Shown here in pieces: positions 1 through 7,600 of a stretch of DNA of 60,223 nt (positions within the stretch are counted from its first letter, which is position 1; every line of letters begins with the position of its first letter). The translations under genes were made by a program, and so were the position numbers. This DNA is from a virus (taxonomy: Duplodnaviria > Caudoviricetes). A model generated the notes under the pieces. The model had not been told where the DNA came from. It worked only from the letters and a program-made list of their open reading frames with translations, and searched no databases. The stretch lies in IMG/VR virus record IMGVR_UViG_3300033076_000509, positions 1-60,223 of that record; one strand, given 5' to 3'.

Positions 1-14
1 GCCACATGCCCCGT

Positions 15-46
15 AAACCGCCTGGAACGCCCCGCCAGGCGGTTTT
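15..46 (+). terminator. Rho-independent terminator
   Basis: Stem AAACCGCCTGG / CCAGGCGGTTT ending in a T run; it would follow the + gene ending at 60214 if the sequence is circular. Confidence 0.6.
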
Positions 47-131
47 GGCTGTCCGGGGGTAGGACGCACGCGCGATGGGGCTAGACCGGCCTGTAGCCTC
101 ATCCTAGCCGACGCACGCGCACGGTTGGCAT

Positions 132-428
132 TTACTCTCGCGCCCTTCCTATCTCCGCCTCGATCTCCGCGTCCCGTTCTTGGTTTTCCTGCTCCATCTC
201 CAATTCGTGCGCCCAGTTCTCTTCGCTTTCTTTTTCCCGCAACGCCTCATTCAGCATCCGCACGGCGCCGGCTGGGGTCGCGGCAGTTCTGTTGGCGTAT
301 TGCGTGGCTGGATTATCCAAGGCGATTGCCACCCATCCTTCTGGTGCTGGCCAAACCCAATATTCCCACCCCGCCACCCGCTGGGCCAGTGCTTGCGCCA
401 AGTCGTTCATAACCATGACCACCACCAC
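132..428 (-). CDS. hypothetical protein
   Basis: ORF with an acidic coiled-coil C-terminus, last in the leftward operon. Confidence 0.5.
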   Translation of the reverse strand: MVVVMVMNDLAQALAQRVAGWEYWVWPAPEGWVAIALDNPATQYANRTAATPAGAVRMLNEALREKESEENWAHELEMEQENQERDAEIEAEIGRARE

Positions 429-522
429 AGCCGCGACAACGGCGCTGCACGCTCATCTGGCCACAATGCCTCCGCAGTCCAACATGGCCAACCATAATCC
501 GGCCAAGCCTCCCCCTGCCACA

Positions 523-903
523 TCATGCCCGCGCCTCCAGCGCTGCGACGCACAGGGCCAACGCGGCAGTTGCACCTGTTCCGGTAATTTCCAAACAATG
601 GCCAAAATCATCGCCCGGCCCGGTCAAAAATGCCGTGCCTTGCCTGCACACTTCCCAATCCCACCCCTCCGGCACCAGCGACAGCGCGGTGTCGATGGAG
701 GTGGTGTATTCTGGCACAAGGATCAGTCGCCCAGATGCCTCGCGGGTTTCGTCAATGTAGCATGTGCGGCCTGAGGCTTTATGGACATAGCTCGATTGCT
801 TCCGCGTCGCGCCCGGCGTCACCAGCAGCCAAATCTCCGCATCCAACTCCCGGCTCCCCGCCTCCGCCGATTCCAGCGCGGCAATCAGTTCCTCGCGTGT
901 CAT
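523..903 (-). CDS. conserved phage hypothetical protein
   Basis: ATGA overlap with the upstream gene; SRELDAEI...YTTSIDTALSLVPEGW...ALALCVAAL pattern typical of alphaproteobacterial phage proteins. Confidence 0.7.
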   Translation of the reverse strand: MTREELIAALESAEAGSRELDAEIWLLVTPGATRKQSSYVHKASGRTCYIDETREASGRLILVPEYTTSIDTALSLVPEGWDWEVCRQGTAFLTGPGDDFGHCLEITGTGATAALALCVAALEARA

Positions 904-1391
904 GGCGCATCCCCCACCCACGGCGGCGTGATCGCCCCCATTTTCTTCGCCTCCGCATAGGCCAGCCGCAATTGGTCTGGCGTCAGGTAGCGCGGCTCCA
1001 CGCCTCCCGGCCTGGTTACGGCTTCCTTAGCCTTGACCTCGGCCACGTAGGCGGCGGCTTTGGCGGATACTGCCGCTATTTCCTCGGGCGTGTTGACCTT
1101 CGGGCGCTCGGGAATGGCATACCCGTGAGGCCCCATGATCTGCGGCTGGTATGGCTTGTTCTGCCGCCACCACGCTCGCAAAGGCTTGGCAATCTCGTCG
1201 TAGCTCGGGAAGGCCATACGCCGATCATGCAGCGCAACTTCCTCGGCACTGGCTGGGCTAAATGCCGCATCGGGCAAATCCCGCATCATGGGTAGGTAGC
1301 CAACCAGCGTTTTGACGCAGCGGTCAGGATCGAGGGGATACACCAGCCGGGCAACGGCCATGCACCATTCGCGGCGAATGCGGTCGTTCAT
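900..1391 (-). CDS. putative replication accessory protein (lambda P-like position)
   Basis: ATGA-coupled directly downstream of the initiator; function inferred from position only. Confidence 0.5.
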   Translation of the reverse strand: MNDRIRREWCMAVARLVYPLDPDRCVKTLVGYLPMMRDLPDAAFSPASAEEVALHDRRMAFPSYDEIAKPLRAWWRQNKPYQPQIMGPHGYAIPERPKVNTPEEIAAVSAKAAAYVAEVKAKEAVTRPGGVEPRYLTPDQLRLAYAEAKKMGAITPPWVGDAP

Positions 1392-2170
1392 TGCAGCAGC
1401 CTCGGGAAGAGTTCCAACACCTCGCCGTCAAGCTCGTGGCCATGGCCGTTCCGTGGTGGCGTCAGGCCAGCGGCACGATACAGCCGTTCCTCGTCGGTTT
1501 CCACCGGCGCGACCTCATCCGCCCACCTCTCGCCATTCAGCCACGTGCTGGCATGGGGAATATATTCCGGTCGGCTCAGGTCGAAAGGATAGGCAATGAC
1601 AGCAGCAAGCAAAACCTTGTGGCTGACCTTCTTCGCAGCCGCAGCATAGGCGCGGCGGGCTTGGCCCTTACCGACCTTGCGGGGATACTGGTCCCACCAT
1701 GGATCGAATGCGTCATCCTGCGCGGCTCGCGCGCGTTGTTTATCTGTCTTTCTCTTTCTTTCTAGTCTATCTTGTCTATTGGGTGACACCATGTCACCAG
1801 ATGGTGCTGGAATGTCACCAGATTTGATTTCCGAAAATGCAGAAATGTCACCAGATGGTGCTGGAATGTCACCAGATGATATTTCGGCATCTAGTGACAA
1901 CATGTCACCAGTTGGCGCGCAATCCATGTTCAGTGTGTAGGCTGATGTTGCCCGGTTGCGGCGGCTGACGGAGATCAATCCGGCCCGCTCTAGGTCCACC
2001 AGAACCCGCAAAAGATGCCGCTTGGCAATGCCTGAAAGCTCGGCCAACGTGGCAGTCGAAGGCCACGCAATGCCATCGTCACCCGCCTTCCATGCCAATG
2101 CTACTAGGACACTTTTCCTTGATCCTGTTGCCCGGACGCTGAAAGCCCAATTCAGCGCGGCGATGCTCAT
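1388..2170 (-). CDS. phage replication initiator (N-terminal HTH, lambda O-like organisation)
   Basis: MSIAALNWAF...AWPSTATLAELSGI HTH; C-terminal FDPWWDQYPRKVGK...YIPHASTWLNGERWADE; internal iterons; ATG at 2170 overlaps the upstream stop. Confidence 0.85.
   Translation of the reverse strand: MSIAALNWAFSVRATGSRKSVLVALAWKAGDDGIAWPSTATLAELSGIAKRHLLRVLVDLERAGLISVSRRNRATSAYTLNMDCAPTGDMLSLDAEISSGDIPAPSGDISAFSEIKSGDIPAPSGDMVSPNRQDRLERKRKTDKQRARAAQDDAFDPWWDQYPRKVGKGQARRAYAAAAKKVSHKVLLAAVIAYPFDLSRPEYIPHASTWLNGERWADEVAPVETDEERLYRAAGLTPPRNGHGHELDGEVLELFPRLLQ
1738..1911. repeat. putative replication origin (iterons plus AT-rich tract) inside the initiator gene
   Basis: ATGTCACCAG at 1791, 1812, 1845, 1866 and 1902; GTGACA-N3-TGTCAC palindromes near 1783 and 1894; pyrimidine/AT-rich tract at 1738-1780. 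Confidence 0.8.
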
Positions 2171-2418
2171 ACCGGCATTTCCGGCAACGGCGCCCAAAAC
2201 TTGGGGCGCGGGTTTGGCGTAAGGCTCGGCAGTTTCGGGTCTCCCCATAGCGCAAACGAGCCATCGTCCCGGATCAGCCCCGTGTAGGCAATTTCACCGC
2301 CGAACGATAAAAGTATCCAGCCGCCGTAAGGCCAGCCGCGTGGCGCCGTCTCAATTGGCTGCCATAGGTGTTTCCCGCAATTGCAAGCGGGCGGCGTGGG
2401 TGCTATCTCTTCGGACAC
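2167..2418 (-). CDS. DUF551-like phage protein
   Basis: WQPIETAP...WAPLPE motif pair. Confidence 0.65.
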   Translation of the reverse strand: MSEEIAPTPPACNCGKHLWQPIETAPRGWPYGGWILLSFGGEIAYTGLIRDDGSFALWGDPKLPSLTPNPRPKFWAPLPEMPV

Positions 2419-2508
2419 GGAAGTGCCTTTCCGGTTGGCGCGGCTCGTGTGACTACGAGGCCCCGCAGGTTAATGGTCCGGGGTGGCGGCGAACCACTCC
2501 GGACCAAG

Positions 2509-2537
2509 ACTCTAGCCTAGGCACGCGCGCCGAGCAA
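2509..2537 (-). promoter_or_regulatory. putative sigma70 promoter for the replication genes
   Basis: TTGCTC-N17-TAGAGT on the minus strand, followed by two hairpins. Confidence 0.45.
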
Positions 2538-2542
2538 CGGGA

Positions 2543-3844
2543 TCATCTCCCCTCCATATTAGCGCCGGACAAAGCGTCTTCGGGCTTCATCAGTGATTTG
2601 GTCCGGCGCACCCGCTTGACGCGGGAAGGTTGGACGGGGACAGTGCGTATTTGGGTATCACAGGCGCGCTGGTCCCCGTCCCGGCTGGCAATCCCCAATT
2701 GGTTTTCAGACCCTATAGGGCCAGCCAAACTATCGGCGGGGGACACATGTTGATTGGAATCAACGCCATGTTTGGTCCCCCGCCACGCCTGCCACATCTC
2801 CCGTAACAGGCGTTTTTCAATATATCGCAAAGCGCGCTTATGGGCATGCATCTTGGTAATGCCCTCGCGCTCCATCTCAGTCGCCTTGCGCGCCCTGTAG
2901 AGGTCCGCATACGGCCCCCCAGCCCGCACAAGGCAATCGCCAATGACATGCATCTCAGAACGCCGGACGGGGCTGTAGCCGTGCCGCAATGCCTCTTCCG
3001 CATTGGTCCGCTTGCCCTGCGACTTGCCGTCGATCACCGCCAAGCCCATGCGCTTCCACAACTTGCCGGGGTTGGAGTAGTTGCCCAGATCGCCCGCCTC
3101 CCCGATGATTGCTGCCACGGACGGCAAGCCCAGCCCCTTGACCGCGCCGGCCCATGCCATGATCGGCAGCGGCTTCACCAGCTTGAGCAACTCCTTCTGG
3201 CATTCCTTGCGCTGTTGTTCGGTGTAGTCCCGGATGGCAAAGAACCGCGCCCGCGTGGTGATCACCATCTGTTCATCGGTTTTAACCACGTCCGGAAACT
3301 TACCGGTGGGCAGAGGAATTCCCTCCGCCCGGTAGCGACGCACAGCGAACCAGCGCGCCTCCGCTTTGATGCGCCGCTCCATGTCCCCCATTTGGCGCTG
3401 GATGGCGCGATGTTCACGATGCAGAGATTGGATGGCGGCGATTGTTTGGGGATGGACACGGGAAATCGGGATATCATCCACGGCAAGGTCCATCCCCACG
3501 CCGGCAAGGGGAGAAAGGGCCCCATCGTCTAATTGGCCAGCGAATTGGTCGGGAGCGGCACGCTTGCTATGGTCATCAACGGCCATATGGCCGCTCCCAC
3601 TGTTGGCAGGTTCCCCATGGGTATCGCCCGAGGTATGGCCAACAGAAACACTTGCGTCAGGCAGGCCAATTTTGGATTTCACGAACCTTCCGGCCTGACG
3701 CACCGCCTTCCGGCGGATAGGTGCGGGGATGGCATCTGCCATTGGGATATCGAATCCGTGCTGGCCATCCCCGCTGGCGGCAACCGTCCCAAGGTCCGAG
3801 GACACCAGAGGGCTGGCCGCCAATTCCTCGCGGTCGCGCATCAC
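2543..3844 (-). CDS. TasA-like RNA-guided protein (coiled coil plus Nop/IS110 C-terminal domain, no RuvC or HNH)
   Basis: Core at about 2785-3446: helical coiled coil, then AVKGLGLPSVAAIIGEAGDLGNYSNPGKLWKRMGL...YSPVRRS...YADLYRARK...HAHKRALRYIEKRLLREMW; no DEDD domain; flanked by TIGR-type units. Confidence 0.85.
   Translation of the reverse strand: MMRDREELAASPLVSSDLGTVAASGDGQHGFDIPMADAIPAPIRRKAVRQAGRFVKSKIGLPDASVSVGHTSGDTHGEPANSGSGHMAVDDHSKRAAPDQFAGQLDDGALSPLAGVGMDLAVDDIPISRVHPQTIAAIQSLHREHRAIQRQMGDMERRIKAEARWFAVRRYRAEGIPLPTGKFPDVVKTDEQMVITTRARFFAIRDYTEQQRKECQKELLKLVKPLPIMAWAGAVKGLGLPSVAAIIGEAGDLGNYSNPGKLWKRMGLAVIDGKSQGKRTNAEEALRHGYSPVRRSEMHVIGDCLVRAGGPYADLYRARKATEMEREGITKMHAHKRALRYIEKRLLREMWQAWRGTKHGVDSNQHVSPADSLAGPIGSENQLGIASRDGDQRACDTQIRTVPVQPSRVKRVRRTKSLMKPEDALSGANMEGR
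2562..2784 (-). ncRNA. TIGR-like stem-loop guide array, downstream block (4 units)
   Basis: Units at 2735-2784, 2683-2726, 2632-2681 and 2562-2609, e.g. GGACGGGGA-CCA-GCGCGCCTG-TGATACCCA-AATACGCAC-TG-TCCCCGTCC. Confidence 0.85.
3447..3822 (-). ncRNA. TIGR-like stem-loop guide array, upstream block (7 units)
   Basis: Units at 3775-3822, 3723-3774, 3653-3702, 3600-3645, 3551-3598, 3499-3542 and 3447-3498, e.g. GGGAGCGG-CCA-TATGGCCGT-TGATGACCA-TAGCAAGCG-TG-CCGCTCCC. Confidence 0.85.
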
Positions 3845-4383
3845 TGCGCCCCCCGCATAATCTGTGCAATCTTATCCTCTTTCACGCCCTCGCGCACCGT
3901 GCGCTTTTTGCTGCGCCGCAGCATATCCGCCACATGTCGATAGATCGCGCCGCGCGCCTGTTCAGATGCTGCCCGCGCCTCATGATACTGCACGGCAATC
4001 GTCAGGTCTTCCACTGTCGCGTCGCCCAGCCGCACATCACAGCCCGGCAGCGGATAGTCATACAAACTCACCCGCGCCGAAAGCCGGGCTTCGCTCATTT
4101 TGGCCGCATGCTCTGGAATAGACCACACGGACTGACGTTCGATCTTCCGGCGCAAATTGTTCCGTGCGTCCTCCAGCATCCAGTGCGCCGCCTTCTGCCG
4201 AAACCAGGCATTGAGGTGCGGCATCACGTCCAACTGTTCCAAAATCAAATCGGCGCTTTCCTCCAGCGTTTCCTGTTCCGCGCACCGCGCCACCAGTTCG
4301 CGCAAGGCCGCATCAAGCCGCGCCCGTTCGTCGTCGTTGACCCCGCGCCGTGGCGTCGGTATGTTCTGAGTTGCTTCGGACAT
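3841..4383 (-). CDS. hypothetical helical protein, candidate Tas partner
   Basis: 180 aa; its stop overlaps the Tas-like start (GTGATG); LYDYPLPGCDVRLGDAT motif. Confidence 0.75.
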   Translation of the reverse strand: MSEATQNIPTPRRGVNDDERARLDAALRELVARCAEQETLEESADLILEQLDVMPHLNAWFRQKAAHWMLEDARNNLRRKIERQSVWSIPEHAAKMSEARLSARVSLYDYPLPGCDVRLGDATVEDLTIAVQYHEARAASEQARGAIYRHVADMLRRSKKRTVREGVKEDKIAQIMRGAQ

Positions 4384-4400
4384 TGTGTTGACCTTTACCT

Positions 4401-4433
4401 AAGCCCCGCCGGCCCATCCGGCGGGGTTTCTTT
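4401..4433. terminator. strong hairpin with T run on the + strand
   Basis: AAGCCCCGCCGG-CCCAT-CCGGCGGGGTTT-CTTT. Confidence 0.55.
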
Positions 4434-4779
4434 ATGCGTCCAGTTCCGGCACGGCCAGCCACCCGCTGCGCCCATCGGCATCCGCAAACTCCAGCACCAG
4501 CGCGTCGCCGTCCCGCCGCAGTATCACCGCCGTGCGCGTGCTGTTGATGTAGACGCCCAACCCATAACGTCCATGACCTAGCCACGGAATGACGTTGTAA
4601 TCCTGTCCGCGCTCGCCCCATATCACCCGGTAGACCGGCCCCCGGCCTTCATCTTCACGATGCGCCACGATCTTTCCATCGTCCGTGTGCCACGTCACAT
4701 CATCCACCTGCACCAACCGATGCACCGCGCGCACGTCGCCGACCTCCCATTGTGCGCCGCAGACGGATGGGACTTTCAC
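4432..4779 (-). CDS. hypothetical protein
   Basis: Coupled ORF in the operon. Confidence 0.6.
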   Translation of the reverse strand: MKVPSVCGAQWEVGDVRAVHRLVQVDDVTWHTDDGKIVAHREDEGRGPVYRVIWGERGQDYNVIPWLGHGRYGLGVYINSTRTAVILRRDGDALVLEFADADGRSGWLAVPELDA

Positions 4780-5474
4780 GGCAGCAAGTCCAACTGATGC
4801 GCCGGATAGGCTTTATCTTCCTCCACCGGACGGATAAACAGGTCCGCCTGCCGTTGTGCCTCCTCGATCCGCCGACACGCGATGTCAAAATACTTCGGCT
4901 CCAACTCCACGCCGATGAACCTCCTGCCCAATCTCGCGCAGGCTATGCCCGTGGTGCCGCTGCCCATGAAGGGGTCGAGAACAATTCCGTCCGTCATACC
5001 CACGCACCACTCCATAATTGCTACTGGTTTTTGCGTCGGGTGCGCACGCTCCAGCGTTTCGCCCATCAATGAAGTATCGCGCCGACAATAAACGCCGTGG
5101 CCGTCCTTCTTCCATGCTACCTCGGCATCACTGAGAAAGGAGCCGAAACCGCTATCCATGCGCTTAATCCACACAAGCGTTGTGCCCACCGGAAGGCGCG
5201 CAGCAAAATGATTGCATCCCCATAAAATGACTTGTGGATATCCGATCCATAGCGCTGGATCGAATGGCATGTCATCGCCTTCAATCTTTACACCGTAATG
5301 CAGAGCACGCGCGGCAGTCTTCCCGTGACCGTTTTTGCCAACCGACACACGCCCGTCCCATTTCATCCCATAAGGCGGATCAGTCACCACCGCGTCCACG
5401 CGCCCAAGCGTTGGAATCACCTCGCGGCAATCAGCCTGATACAATACAGCGTTGCCAATCGTTTCCACGCGCAT
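4776..5474 (-). CDS. DNA N4-cytosine/N6-adenine methyltransferase (beta class)
   Basis: VVTDPPYG, HPTQKP and VLDPFMGSGTTG motifs. Confidence 0.92.
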   Translation of the reverse strand: MRVETIGNAVLYQADCREVIPTLGRVDAVVTDPPYGMKWDGRVSVGKNGHGKTAARALHYGVKIEGDDMPFDPALWIGYPQVILWGCNHFAARLPVGTTLVWIKRMDSGFGSFLSDAEVAWKKDGHGVYCRRDTSLMGETLERAHPTQKPVAIMEWCVGMTDGIVLDPFMGSGTTGIACARLGRRFIGVELEPKYFDIACRRIEEAQRQADLFIRPVEEDKAYPAHQLDLLP

Positions 5475-5896
5475 CAGACCGGCTCCGGTTTATCGACAAT
5501 GCCATACCACACGATGGACGTTGCCGCGTTGGCGGCGTAACGCTTTTCGAGCACCACGCTGGCAATCTGCTTATCATCGGCCCACGCAATGCCGTTCAAC
5601 GCGTCGCCGACCAGTTTCAGCACGTTGTCAACGTCCGGCTTGACGGCAACCCAACGCCGCTTGGCCGTGGCGTCCACGCGCTTTACTTTGGTCCATGATG
5701 CGGGCGGCTTTAACCAGATGTAAACCGCCAAATGCACCGGCCCCGTCATCATCACCACACGCCTAGCCTGCGCCTCTTGCGCTAGCGCCCGCTCCGCCTT
5801 TACCGTCTCCGGTGGCGTGTAGGTGCCACGACGCGTCACGCGGGCACGCTGCTTGCCGCGCAGGGCATACGGCAAGTCTATGCGATAGATCGTCAT
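5474..5896 (-). CDS. rusA: RusA-like Holliday junction resolvase
   Basis: KPDVDNVLKLVGDALNGIAWADDKQI motif. Confidence 0.9.
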   Translation of the reverse strand: MTIYRIDLPYALRGKQRARVTRRGTYTPPETVKAERALAQEAQARRVVMMTGPVHLAVYIWLKPPASWTKVKRVDATAKRRWVAVKPDVDNVLKLVGDALNGIAWADDKQIASVVLEKRYAANAATSIVWYGIVDKPEPV

Positions 5897-6147
5897 GCCA
5901 CGCGCTCCACCTTCAACCGCTTTTGCGCCCCGGCCTTAACCGTGGTGAAAACCACCCGGCCCTCGCGACGCAGACGGCGCAGGCTGCGATAAACCGAGGA
6001 ATCGTCGCCATCATACAGGACCGCAATCCGTGTGCGTGACGGCAGTAACATATCCCGTTCCTTGCACACCTTCGCCAACGCCAGCAACCATGCGTCACGG
6101 TCAACATCGCGCTGGTTAGAACCGGGAACCTTAGTGCCGCGTTCCAT
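5893..6147 (-). CDS. small winged-helix DNA-binding protein
   Basis: LPSRTRIA...SSVYRSLRRLRREGRV; TGATG coupling. Confidence 0.55.
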   Translation of the reverse strand: MERGTKVPGSNQRDVDRDAWLLALAKVCKERDMLLPSRTRIAVLYDGDDSSVYRSLRRLRREGRVVFTTVKAGAQKRLKVERVA

Positions 6148-6758
6148 CACACAAACCCTATGCCCATGCCGTTGCCGGATTTGTTCGAAACCCACGGCGC
6201 CAAGTCCTTGCCTTCTTCTTCCACGCGGATGTAGCAAGCACGGTAGTGATACTCGCAATAGCTACCTTTCCACAGGCCACCGGAGCATGTGTAGTCGGGC
6301 CACTGGCAATGACGCGGCGGCGGTATCACCCGCACTGCTGGCGGCGGTTCCCAGCCTTCCAGAGCCGCTAGCACGGGCAGCGTCCGCACAGGATCGCGAA
6401 TGATGCGCGGCAGTTCCGGCTCTGGCGGCTGTTCTTTGCGGTTCAGCTTGGGCCGGATATACCGCGTTATCGCCGCAGCCACGGCGCCAGGCGTGCATCC
6501 AAACTCTAGCGCCAGAACCGCCGGGTTTTTCTCATCGTGATACCGCGCTTCTAACCGCTCCAGATTGCCCGCGCGCCAACTCGTTTGTTTTCCCTCATAC
6601 TTCGGCACCCGAATGCCAAACTTATGGGCCGCCTTTCGCGCGGTAGACTCCTCAATCCCCATCACGTGCGCCACGGTCGGCCAGTGTTTGTGTTCGTCAA
6701 TCAACTCGCGCATCCACTGTATGCGCGTTTCGTCCCATCCCGCCCGTGGCCCCGTCAT
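6147..6758 (-). CDS. GcrA-like transcriptional regulator
   Basis: Two N-terminal HTH-like repeats; C-terminal CQWP...C...GSYCEYHYRACY, matching the GcrA C-terminal Cys/His motif. Confidence 0.7.
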   Translation of the reverse strand: MTGPRAGWDETRIQWMRELIDEHKHWPTVAHVMGIEESTARKAAHKFGIRVPKYEGKQTSWRAGNLERLEARYHDEKNPAVLALEFGCTPGAVAAAITRYIRPKLNRKEQPPEPELPRIIRDPVRTLPVLAALEGWEPPPAVRVIPPPRHCQWPDYTCSGGLWKGSYCEYHYRACYIRVEEEGKDLAPWVSNKSGNGMGIGFV

Positions 6759-7042
6759 CGCCAGTTCTCCGCGCCTCGAAAGTGGGGATGCACCCGCACG
6801 TAAAGCGCCAGATGCGTGCCGAATTGGTCACGGACCTCGCCACGAACGGCAGATAATGGCGGCACGGAATAGCGTCCACTCCACAACCGCTCGCGGATAA
6901 ATTTGTAATCGTCTCGCGAGCATGTCGGCACCCAAACTTGATCGCTGGTCATGGTCGCACAGATGCGCCATTCCCCACACAGATCAGACACGGATAGCAG
7001 TTCAGGCGCGTTAATCAGCGGCGGCTTTGCTTTGATTGGCAC
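6755..7042 (-). CDS. hypothetical protein
   Basis: Coupled ORF. Confidence 0.55.
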   Translation of the reverse strand: MPIKAKPPLINAPELLSVSDLCGEWRICATMTSDQVWVPTCSRDDYKFIRERLWSGRYSVPPLSAVRGEVRDQFGTHLALYVRVHPHFRGAENWR

Positions 7043-7496
7043 GGCGCACGTTCCCCAACATTTGAAGTGCTTCAGATTTTCTGTATTTCTTGCGTTTTAC
7101 CAGGAAGTCGTAGTATTCGCGCTCCTCCTTTGTCATTTCTTCTAGATAGCGATACTGCCTTGTCTTGCGGGCCAATACGCTGGCTTCGTTGGCCTTCCGC
7201 GCCGATTCCCGCATTTTTGCCGCGTATTCCGGGTCCGTTCTAACGCGGTTGGACACCCAATTCCCAAACCATTCGCGCCGTTCTGGCGTCCATGCCTCCT
7301 GCACTGCACGGGCCAGATTGGCGATGGATTCCGGCGACTTAATAATGCGCAACATGCGCTCGCGGTATTCCGGTTCCTGCCACTTTTTCTTTAGCCGGTC
7401 GCTGTTTACCTTCGCCATCTTGACCCTGTATTCCGGGTCTTGCCAACGGAGTTTCATCATCTCCGAATGAGTCTTTGTCGTGTAGTTCCCGCCCAT
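7011..7496 (-). CDS. basic protein with W-x-[DE]-P-E-Y-R helical repeats (NUMOD-like DNA-binding)
   Basis: RWQDPEYR, KWQEPEYR, AWTPERR, RTDPEYA. Confidence 0.6.
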   Translation of the reverse strand: MGGNYTTKTHSEMMKLRWQDPEYRVKMAKVNSDRLKKKWQEPEYRERMLRIIKSPESIANLARAVQEAWTPERREWFGNWVSNRVRTDPEYAAKMRESARKANEASVLARKTRQYRYLEEMTKEEREYYDFLVKRKKYRKSEALQMLGNVRRANQSKAAAD

Positions 7497-7600
7497 TACC
7501 ACCACCACCTCACGGCCACGGCAGCGACGCCGATCCATATTGCAGCGCACAGACACAGCGCGATAGCCACGCCTCGGGCTGGGTCTAGGTCGTCAGCCAT
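7496..7600 (-). CDS. small membrane peptide (34 aa)
   Basis: MADDLDPARGVAIALCLCAAIWIGVAAVAVRWWW; TAATG coupling to the next gene. Confidence 0.5.
   Translation of the reverse strand: MADDLDPARGVAIALCLCAAIWIGVAAVAVRWWW

Noticed and set aside
2474-2506. Twelfth guide unit
   Set aside because: The loop is only 7 nt and lacks the CCA-N9-loop-N9-TG core.
2562-3822. CRISPR array or a run of terminators
   Set aside because: There are no identical direct repeats and no cas genes. The hairpins lack U tails and have fixed 32-nt motif-bearing interiors.
2543-3844. IS110 transposase / insertion sequence
   Set aside because: Only the C-terminal Nop/Tnp-like part is present. There is no DEDD RuvC domain, and it has many single-loop units rather than one two-loop bridge RNA.
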